Assembly: GCA_964619725.1 (NCBI GenBank)
Contig: CAZUFC010000037.1
Span: 2,223 to 64,719 of the forward strand
Source of the DNA: an uncultured bacterium
GTDB taxonomy: Bacteria > CSSED10-310 > CAZUFC01
Length of the DNA stretch: 62,497 nt
Reading direction: 5' to 3'
Shown here in pieces: positions 20,705 through 28,961 of the stretch (its first letter is position 1; each line of letters begins with the position of its first letter). Below the pieces are notes generated by a model that saw only the letters and a list, made by a program, of their open reading frames with translations, made no database searches and was not told the DNA's origin. The translations under genes were made by a program, and so were the position numbers.

Positions 20705-21663
20705 AGTCCTACTCAGATCAACCGCACGCCATAGAGATGAAAGATTCCCGACGGGGTAAAAGGAAATATTATCTCGCCTTCATTTTTTTCCTTGTTGGTC
20801 TTTTTTTTCTTTATCTGTTTTTCGACGGCGGAGAGTATTTAGCGGAAGGGAATATATTGTCCGATTTACAGGAATATGCCGACAAATATCTGGGCATCGA
20901 ACAGAAAAGACGGAAAAACAGAAGAAGACAAAGAAGAAATACAGCCCGCCGAAAACGAAGTTCCGAAACCGGAAAAGATAAAACAGACAGGCCCGATGCT
21001 TTCAAAACCGCTTCAACTGCTGGAACCGAGGAAAAAAAAGCTGCCGGTTCCTGTCATAAGTGGATTCGCATCCGCGATTCTGAATGGTATTTCATCGACA
21101 CTTCGATCCTCAAGGCCGGCATCAGGGCAAACCGGCTCTGGAATGACGTCTTTCCTGCAGCCATTATTCCTCTCGGCATTCAATCCTTCGAAAGCGCCCA
21201 TTTCTTCCTCTCGCCTGAAAGAAAATTTCTCGTTTTTCACTCTAATAAAATGAAGGAAACCGAGAAGCTGCCCGAATCTGTCGAAATCAAACTGCCTGGT
21301 CCCCAAAAGGCCGATAGAATCTGGCTGTTCGGGCTGATCTCCGGCTGGGGCGGTAAAGCCCTGGATGATTCGCCCAGTTTAAAACTAATGCTCGAATTTG
21401 CCGATGATAAAGAAAACCTGGCTTACGACATCTTCTGTTGCGACATCTGGTCCAGAACTCATCACAACCGTCCGCAGGAGAAAAAAAACCGGAAAGTATT
21501 CGAAGAAAACAGATTCCATCTCGATATGACTTCGTTCGATTTGCCGGAAGATCGTATTCTAAAGAAAATATCATTCCTGGACGTTAATGAAAACGATTCG
21601 CCGCTCATTGCAGGGATTACTCTGCAGAAAATCCTCAAAAACAGCCGGGACTCAGAAGAATAA
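20701..21663 (+). CDS. Single-pass membrane protein with Arg-rich segment and C-terminal beta-sandwich-like domain
   Basis: ATGA overlap with the upstream gene; N-terminal TM helix; KRRKNRRRQRRNTARRKR. Confidence 0.7.
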   Translation: MKSYSDQPHAIEMKDSRRGKRKYYLAFIFFLVGLFFLYLFFDGGEYLAEGNILSDLQEYADKYLGIEQKRRKNRRRQRRNTARRKRSSETGKDKTDRPDAFKTASTAGTEEKKAAGSCHKWIRIRDSEWYFIDTSILKAGIRANRLWNDVFPAAIIPLGIQSFESAHFFLSPERKFLVFHSNKMKETEKLPESVEIKLPGPQKADRIWLFGLISGWGGKALDDSPSLKLMLEFADDKENLAYDIFCCDIWSRTHHNRPQEKKNRKVFEENRFHLDMTSFDLPEDRILKKISFLDVNENDSPLIAGITLQKILKNSRDSEE

Positions 21664-21791
21664 CCGGATTTTTAAAATCTAAGCGCCGCTTCCTAACATA
21701 CTAAAAAACGGCTCCCTGTTTCGAGCATCAACGAAAAAAATCGGTATGTCTGAAAATTTCCATTCTTCCCCATTCCCCGTCGCATGAGCAC

Positions 21792-23612
21792 TCAGACATT
21801 AATGGTGAAATAAAAAGTCGCTCCTTCACCTTTTGCGCTTTCTGCCCAAACATTACCATCGTGACGCTCAATAATCTTTTTTACCATCGGCAATCCCAAA
21901 CCAGTTCCCTTGATCTCCTTGTTCAACCTCTTAAAAGGAATGAATATCTTCTCCGCTTCCTTCATATCGAAACCTGCTCCGTTATCCCTAACGTATAATA
22001 CCTTACCTCCGTCACGATCCATGACTCCGAATTCTATTTTCGCAGGATTTTTCGACTGAGTGAATTTCCATGCATTTACTATGAGATTCGCCAGGACGGT
22101 CCTCATCAGCCCCGGATCGCAATTCATCACAATATCCGGTTGTGCTTTGAATGTAATATCACGCGCAGGATTCATGCTTAAAACGTCAAAATAAAGTTGT
22201 TCAGATAATTCCGAGAGATTTACTTCCTGAATATTCAAGCGCCCCTCGTCAATCTTGGATAACCTTATCAGGTCCTCCGTCAGATTCCTCATTTGATTGT
22301 TTTTCTCCTTCACCGATTCAACAATGACCGATGCCCCATTAAAACATCCGCTCTCAAATCTCTCCATCAGCTCTCTGCAATAACCCTCAATAGAATCAAA
22401 AGCATTCAGCAATTCATGACTCACCTCATGAGCAAAATCTTTATTCGCCTCACATATCTGTTCCAGTTTCTTCTCCATCTCTATTCGCTCTGTGATCTCC
22501 GTACAAAAACAAGCATGGCCTAAAACACGCCCATCACCATTCCGCTCCGCCGAACAACTTCTTAAAATGTATACGACCTTACCGTCTTTCCTCCTCAGCG
22601 CAATCTCGCCTTTCATGTTACCGTTGCGGTATATTTTATTTAAAAACTCATCACGGTTCCCGCTCATATTGAATAAATCCCTGGAATCCAAACCCCTCAA
22701 TTCGTCGCTGGATGAGTAACCGAATAAATCTGCTGCAGCCTGATTCGCCGATAATATTTTATTGCCGGCATCAAAAAATACTACACCTGTCGGCGTGTTC
22801 TTCAGCAAAGTCTCAATCCTGCGCTCACTTATCTTTAAAGCATTCTCCGCCTTCTTCCTCCTGCTTATATCGCGGATCGTCATCAAATACGCGCCACTTC
22901 CCTCCCAACTCGTCCTCTGTATATTTAACTCCACTTGAGTATTAAATCCCTCGCCTCCAGACTCATCATTCGGATTTATTTCCAATATGCCCGTATCTTC
23001 CACTGATAAAGGATATGAGCACCCTAAACACTCCTCACGCTTCTTACCTAACTGTTCCGCTCCAGCCGAGTTGATGTGCAATATCCTCCCTTTATCACTC
23101 ACAATAACCATCCCGTCCGAATTCTTCTCCACCATCTTCTCCAATTCCGCCTTCTTCTTCCGCAACTCTTCCGCCGTCCTCCTGCGCTCCTCCGTCTCCC
23201 TGATCAATGATTCATTCGAATCACGCAGCTCCTCCTCCAGCGACTTACGCTCTATCGCATAACGGATGCTCCTCCTCAACAACCGAGAATCCATATCCTT
23301 CTTCATTAAATAATCCTGTGCTCCCGCGCGAACAGCCTCTATTCCCGTCTCCTCATCCTCCAAATCGGTCAAAACGATGATCGGTATATGCGATGCCGGC
23401 TCCTGTATCTTTAAAAACGTCTCCAACCCATTGCTCTCCGGAAGGCCCAAATCAAGAAGCAATGCATCATAGCTTACCTCTCTGATCGTCTCTATCGCCT
23501 TCTCCAGCGTTGCCGCATGATCCACATCTATACCCTGTCCATGCAGCATCGCCTCTATTATTCGCGCATCCTCAAAATCGTCCTCTATCATGAGAACCTT
23601 CATAGTGTTCAT
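21792..23612 (-). CDS. Hybrid sensor kinase: receiver + 2 PAS + HisKA + HATPase
   Basis: VLMIEDD..LLDLGLP..GAQDYLMK; PAS ends TIRDIS and CTEITER; SHEL; NLIVNAWKFT, DNGAGF, FIPFKRL, GTGLGL. Confidence 0.9.
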   Translation of the reverse strand: MNTMKVLMIEDDFEDARIIEAMLHGQGIDVDHAATLEKAIETIREVSYDALLLDLGLPESNGLETFLKIQEPASHIPIIVLTDLEDEETGIEAVRAGAQDYLMKKDMDSRLLRRSIRYAIERKSLEEELRDSNESLIRETEERRRTAEELRKKKAELEKMVEKNSDGMVIVSDKGRILHINSAGAEQLGKKREECLGCSYPLSVEDTGILEINPNDESGGEGFNTQVELNIQRTSWEGSGAYLMTIRDISRRKKAENALKISERRIETLLKNTPTGVVFFDAGNKILSANQAAADLFGYSSSDELRGLDSRDLFNMSGNRDEFLNKIYRNGNMKGEIALRRKDGKVVYILRSCSAERNGDGRVLGHACFCTEITERIEMEKKLEQICEANKDFAHEVSHELLNAFDSIEGYCRELMERFESGCFNGASVIVESVKEKNNQMRNLTEDLIRLSKIDEGRLNIQEVNLSELSEQLYFDVLSMNPARDITFKAQPDIVMNCDPGLMRTVLANLIVNAWKFTQSKNPAKIEFGVMDRDGGKVLYVRDNGAGFDMKEAEKIFIPFKRLNKEIKGTGLGLPMVKKIIERHDGNVWAESAKGEGATFYFTINV

Positions 23613-23999
23613 AATTTTCACCCTTCAACTTTTCAGCAATTATACTCTTTGCCGATCCTTTTTCGTTAAGGGGCTTTCCAATACGAACCTTCAGGCGGGA
23701 ATGTCCTTGGTCACGAAACCCTCGTAAAAGAAATATCTTGAAAAACCCAATCAATTTAAAGGAAAATATTTTTTCCTTCAGTAGTTCCTGTAATTTAATT
23801 TAACAGACCGTTTATTTTTTTTCAAGAAAAATATGAGTTGAAAATAAAGTTTTTTTTATAATGAATCACAACAAAATTTGTAACGGCATGGCGAAACGTC
23901 CTATTGTATTCAATTCTATCCCACGTATGCGGTTTGATGCTAAACAGGAAAGGCGCAAGAAGGAAACGGCGCACCGGAAGTGCGTGGAGGAATTGGGGA

Positions 24000-24136
24000 G
24001 CTGATCAAGCCTGGGTTACATTTTTTTGAACACTATTGACGCTTTTTTTCAGTAATCGGGGTCGGTATCGGGATCGCAATCGCAAACGTAATCGAAAGAA
24101 AATGATGGGATATTCTGTCGAATTGCAACCTCAAAA
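24000..24136 (-). repeat. Dispersed repeat family A, full copy
   Basis: Reverse complement reads TTTTGAGGTTGCAATTCGACAGAATATCCCATCATTTT...CGATCCCGATACCGACCCCGAT...TGTAACCCAGGCTTGATCAG. Confidence 0.8.
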
Positions 24137-24209
24137 GCCGTATTTTTGATGAATGAGAAAATTGCAACTGCGAAACAGAATATATGATCAATGCTTTTTA
24201 TTTTGTGAA

Positions 24210-25217
24210 TTATCGCAGCAGAACGTCGCAGGTGAATCTTACTTTTTTGACGATTTTGCCGAAGCGGTTTTGATGAATATTTTTTCTGAGCATTCTGAGG
24301 ACTTTTCTTTCCACGGTAAATTTATTGATGGGATTTCTTTTTTTCCTGACGGAATCGGGATCGGCATCTTTGAGGGGGAGGAGGAGCGAATCGTAGTCAT
24401 ATCCCCAGGTTTTGACGTCTTGGGGTTCGAGTGAATCGACGATATTGGAGATAATTTTAATTTTATTCTGATCCCCTGCCATTTCGCGAGCCCATTTGGA
24501 GACTGAAGAAGTAACGGGTTTATTATGTTGTTTAACGCCGTAGGGGTCGCCGAGTCCTTTTTCATCGTGTTGTTTATTTCCGTAATGGATAACTTCTTCT
24601 TGATATTCGAGCTGAAGGTATTCGAAAATTTTCTGTAGTTGTTCGGGAGGATTTTTAACGACGTCTTCATAACGAACGTGGATGAAGGGAACTTTTTTTT
24701 CTCTGATGAACCTGGCCATAGCGGGGAGGTAACGATTGAGTATGGGGTTATAGTTTTGAGCCGCTTCGTAATCATCGTCGAAGAATGATTTGGCGTATGA
24801 GGAGAAAATGGCGGCGGGATGTCTGGTGAGAACGATGTATTTGGCATCGGGATAGATTTTAGTGATGAAATCGAGTATAAGGCCGTATGCGGGCGTTTTA
24901 TCGAGGAAGTATTTAGCAGAAGACTGATTCATTCTTCTGCTGTAGAGGGTATCGGCATAAGCCCGGCATGCATCGATATAATCCTGCTCCTTGTTGGGAA
25001 GCATATCGACGAAGCCTCTAATGGCGTCGACGGCTCTCAGGTGATCATAGGGCGCTTGATCCACGTTTTCGTAATATCCCAGATGAGCCAAGGGTGTCAG
25101 AATATGCGGTTCGGGGCAACTGAAAATCTGGGAATGAGAACTAAGCATCCTTTGCAGCAAAGTCGATCCTGATCTCGGCGGTCCGATGACGAATATCATT
25201 TTATGATCCATATCCAT
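24210..25217 (-). CDS. PAPS-dependent sulfotransferase family protein
   Basis: FVIGPPRSGSTLL (5'-PSB loop), LDKTP, RHPAAIFSS (3'-PB), VRYEDVV; start set at ATG 25217 with RBS AGGAG. Confidence 0.9.
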   Translation of the reverse strand: MDMDHKMIFVIGPPRSGSTLLQRMLSSHSQIFSCPEPHILTPLAHLGYYENVDQAPYDHLRAVDAIRGFVDMLPNKEQDYIDACRAYADTLYSRRMNQSSAKYFLDKTPAYGLILDFITKIYPDAKYIVLTRHPAAIFSSYAKSFFDDDYEAAQNYNPILNRYLPAMARFIREKKVPFIHVRYEDVVKNPPEQLQKIFEYLQLEYQEEVIHYGNKQHDEKGLGDPYGVKQHNKPVTSSVSKWAREMAGDQNKIKIISNIVDSLEPQDVKTWGYDYDSLLLPLKDADPDSVRKKRNPINKFTVERKVLRMLRKNIHQNRFGKIVKKVRFTCDVLLR

Positions 25218-25425
25218 TTTGCAACTCCTGTTTTGAATTAAATTTCTAAAGCGATCAAACGACCAAACGTAAATTTCTTTCAAGGGTCGCCTTCAGGGAT
25301 GATCGTCGATCTCAAAAGGCGTGGACATTATATCATTTTCCGCGAAAAATTGCAGAGAAAAAAACATTGATTTTTGTTAATAAGTTGAGTTATCGTAATG
25401 TTAGAATTTCTGACTGGAGCAAGTA

Positions 25426-26391
25426 ATGGAAGAACTACGATTCAAGGGTTTAAAAATTTTAGTCGTTGAGGACGAAGCCGATACGCTGGATATATTGGAT
25501 AAGATGCTTACCAGACGGGGAGTAGAGGTAATAACGGCCCGTCACGGGTTACAGGCTCTGGCCCGTTTGGACGAATCGGAGCCTGATCTGATTCTATGCG
25601 ACGTCATGATGCCGAAAATGGACGGATACGAGTTATGCAAAAGAATTCGTAGCCATCCTCGATATTATCATCTGCCGATAGTTTTTTTGACTGCATCAAA
25701 AGATCAGAACGAGCGGGAAAAGTGCATTCAAAACGGAGCGGACGGATTCACGGCCAAACCAGTCTTAATGTCCGAATTGAAAATGGTTGTGGGTTCTCTT
25801 ATGCGGTTCAGGGCAAGGATAGAGAGATACACTCGTGATATGGTCGACCTGAAGAATATGGAACAATTCAAAGGCGAGGAAGTTCCGGCATTCGACGAGG
25901 ACCGGAAGCCCGACAGGAAGAGTCAGCGCATCACGGTAGAGGTGGAACTTCTGAAAAAATTGAAGCACAGTACTGACAGGCGGTTGCAGGATGGTTACAG
26001 GAGTTTAAAGGACAAAGACGCATTATCCGCTTACCGGCATTTTTCGAATTTTTGCAAGCAAGACTCGGCATCAGAAGAGATAGTTGAGCTGTTGGAGAGG
26101 CTGGGTGAATGGATCGAAGCGAAAGCAATGGAAAAACTGGAATCCGACACGTTGCTCGTAATCCGGCATGTTCAGCATTTGCCGAACGATCAGCAAATCA
26201 CTTTCAACGAGGAAGACAGGCACACTTTCGCCATGGTTGACGATGAATCGTCCATTTCGCAAATATGCGAAATAAGTTCGCTGGGACGCGCTTTAGCGCT
26301 TAATTCTCTATCCAAGTTATTTACCGTCGGCGTCATTATTCTCCGCGACGGTTTTTCGGGCAAGGAATTTATGCATCTGGGGCCGGAATAA
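25426..26391 (+). CDS. Response regulator with uncharacterised C-terminal (DUF4388/wHTH-like) region
   Basis: ILVVEDE, DVMMPKMDG, FLTA, AKP. Confidence 0.8.
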   Translation: MEELRFKGLKILVVEDEADTLDILDKMLTRRGVEVITARHGLQALARLDESEPDLILCDVMMPKMDGYELCKRIRSHPRYYHLPIVFLTASKDQNEREKCIQNGADGFTAKPVLMSELKMVVGSLMRFRARIERYTRDMVDLKNMEQFKGEEVPAFDEDRKPDRKSQRITVEVELLKKLKHSTDRRLQDGYRSLKDKDALSAYRHFSNFCKQDSASEEIVELLERLGEWIEAKAMEKLESDTLLVIRHVQHLPNDQQITFNEEDRHTFAMVDDESSISQICEISSLGRALALNSLSKLFTVGVIILRDGFSGKEFMHLGPE

Positions 26392-26550
26392 AAGCAGTCT
26401 TTTTGCAAAGCCTTCGGCGACCAGGGATATAACGGGTCTTCAGGAATGAGAAGAAGAGTTACGTAAAAATTTAACCCCTATTTTATCAGTTCCCGGGACT
26501 GGGGTCGAACAGGTGGAAAAAGGAAAAACATAATCTAAGGAGGACTAAGA

Positions 26551-28899
26551 ATGAATCGGATTCTGATTACTGTTGTTATGGTCGCGGTGACTTCTGTCAG
26601 CGCGGGATATGCCGAAACCGCATCGCGAACGTCTGAGGGATCAGTCGTATTAAATTCCATAAATTTTGAACGATTCAGCGATACTCTACCGACGGAAATT
26701 CTGATGTACGGTTCCATAGGAAACCCGGCATCCATCGGAGAAGAGATGCACGAACTGGTCGGCAAATTCAGCGGCGAAGAGAACCTCCCGCCGATACTCA
26801 ACAGTTTCCTCATACAAGCAAAAACTTTCTGGAACATATTTTCCATAAGGATTTTCAAAGAAGCTTTGTCTTTAGACCAAATGATGTCGAAAATGAGCAT
26901 CGACGGCGAGCGTCGCATCCAGTTTTATGCTGATATAATGGAGAGCGGCTCCAGTCCGGTGAATGTCGTCGTGATGATTCCGCTGGATGAGCCTGCGAAT
27001 AATTTTGAGATGCTTGCAAAGCTCCAGAATACTGCGCCGGCGGTCAACAGTCGGCACGGCCAGCCATATTATATCTTTAAGGCTCCGGACAAAGGGGGCC
27101 ATTTATTTAGCAGTTACGGTAAGGATTATCTGGTCTTTTCATTTTCTCTGGACAGTTTATCCGGCTGGTTGGAAAACGAAGTTTCAGGGGAGGAAACCTT
27201 GACGGAGCTGGAGTCTTTTCAGGCATTCGGGAATTCTGTTGAGGGTTCTGACGTATCTTTATTCCTGAATACGATTCCGCTGAAAAAATTGACCGAACAG
27301 ATCAGCGAGTCATTCAGTTTTCCGACCTCTCAATTCGAACAAATACTGGAGCAGATGGAAGCGCAGCTTTCGGAGCAGCATCACTTGAACCGTTACAGGA
27401 AGGAAATTCATGACATAAAGGAGGCTCTTCGCGTTACTGTTCCTCAGCTCGTTCCCGGACTGCTTCATCAATATTCATACATTCTGCAGAGGTTTCAGGG
27501 GATATGTTTCGGTTTCGACATTGAGTCTGATCACGTTCAAAGCCGGATGGCCGTTATTATAGATGAATATGAGGAGCCGCCGCGGGCGCTGGACAGCGAG
27601 GAGACAATAAAATTCTTCAGTCAATTGCCGAAGGCGGACATGATCGGAGCGACTTCTAATACGATTAAATGGGAACGTTATAAAAAATACCTGATCGATA
27701 CCGCTGAAGCCCAGATGCTGGAAATTTTGAAAGAAAAGGAAATCAGCGCTCCCATCGTCGAAAAGTCGGCGGCTTTCTTGCGACATTTACTGGCGGAACC
27801 CATTGATCCGGAATTAAAAATCAAAGGCTCTCTGACCTGGGTCGATTTTGAAGAACTGGCGGCAGCAGTAAGCTCGGATGACATGCAAGACAGTCCCGAA
27901 GTTCTCAGTTCCGCAGATTTTTTCGGCGGGGATAAAAAATGGAAATTCAAAGACCATCTTGAAAAACGAATCGCTTACCAGGAAACATCAGACAAGATGC
28001 TGAAATCCCTGTTTTTTCCTTCCGGAAAGGAAAAAGCAGGACCGGGTTATGATTTCATCAGATACAAAGCGGAAGACTTGAGTTCTGAAAGGATCGAGGG
28101 GCATAAAGTCAACGGTGCAAGCTACATTCATACTATAACAGCGGACGACATTTTCGGTTATCAGAATGTGAAATTGGACCTGGAAACCCGTTTATGGTAC
28201 AGCTCGATCAATGATCTAACCTATGTTCGCGCCGGACAAAAACCGGACGTTATGAAAACTCCTCTAAAGAATACGAAGACCGCATTGTTCGAATCAAAAA
28301 CATTCATTAAAGACATGATCGCTCCCGAAAACAGCTCTCTCCACCGTTTCACCTATATCGACATGTGCCGGTTAGGTTTGGGATTCCTGAAAACAGCGCC
28401 GGTCCTGGAATCAGCTTTTTACGAAAAATACTCGATCTTCGCAGAAAAACTTCACGCTGCCGCTGCTTCCTATAAAAACGAGCATGGAGAGTATCCCGAT
28501 TCCATCGATGCGCTGGAGGATGCCGCATGGCTCTACGACAATGCCCCGGCCCTACTCAATGAAGTTTTCATTTACAAACCGGACGGCGACGTTTACTCGA
28601 AAATTTACGGCTTCCACAAAAACCGTCGTCCCCGTATTTCTCCGCTGGTATGGTCATTCTTTGAAAACTATGAAACGGAGGGAAAAAACGGAGGACTGGT
28701 TTGGACGGTTCATTCCGCGCCGGAAGGAATAAAAATCGTCAGTAATCTTTCTCTGACAAATTTGCAGGGAATGTTCCGTCATGCGCTTTCGACCTATAAT
28801 AAAAAACCGGAATTAATGGAGAATCTTTTCAGCGGAATAATGCAACTGGCGAATGAAGCTGCGGTATCGGAAAGCGATTTAATCAAAATTGACTTTTGA
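26551..28899 (+). CDS. Secreted hypothetical protein (possibly DUF3352-like)
   Basis: RBS AAGGAGG, N-terminal signal peptide, 782-aa ORF. Confidence 0.6.
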   Translation: MNRILITVVMVAVTSVSAGYAETASRTSEGSVVLNSINFERFSDTLPTEILMYGSIGNPASIGEEMHELVGKFSGEENLPPILNSFLIQAKTFWNIFSIRIFKEALSLDQMMSKMSIDGERRIQFYADIMESGSSPVNVVVMIPLDEPANNFEMLAKLQNTAPAVNSRHGQPYYIFKAPDKGGHLFSSYGKDYLVFSFSLDSLSGWLENEVSGEETLTELESFQAFGNSVEGSDVSLFLNTIPLKKLTEQISESFSFPTSQFEQILEQMEAQLSEQHHLNRYRKEIHDIKEALRVTVPQLVPGLLHQYSYILQRFQGICFGFDIESDHVQSRMAVIIDEYEEPPRALDSEETIKFFSQLPKADMIGATSNTIKWERYKKYLIDTAEAQMLEILKEKEISAPIVEKSAAFLRHLLAEPIDPELKIKGSLTWVDFEELAAAVSSDDMQDSPEVLSSADFFGGDKKWKFKDHLEKRIAYQETSDKMLKSLFFPSGKEKAGPGYDFIRYKAEDLSSERIEGHKVNGASYIHTITADDIFGYQNVKLDLETRLWYSSINDLTYVRAGQKPDVMKTPLKNTKTALFESKTFIKDMIAPENSSLHRFTYIDMCRLGLGFLKTAPVLESAFYEKYSIFAEKLHAAAASYKNEHGEYPDSIDALEDAAWLYDNAPALLNEVFIYKPDGDVYSKIYGFHKNRRPRISPLVWSFFENYETEGKNGGLVWTVHSAPEGIKIVSNLSLTNLQGMFRHALSTYNKKPELMENLFSGIMQLANEAAVSESDLIKIDF

Positions 28900-28961
28900 A
28901 CGGCAAAGGTTCTGCAGGGAAAATTTAAATTAATAAAACAACTTGTTTAAGGGAGGCGGAG

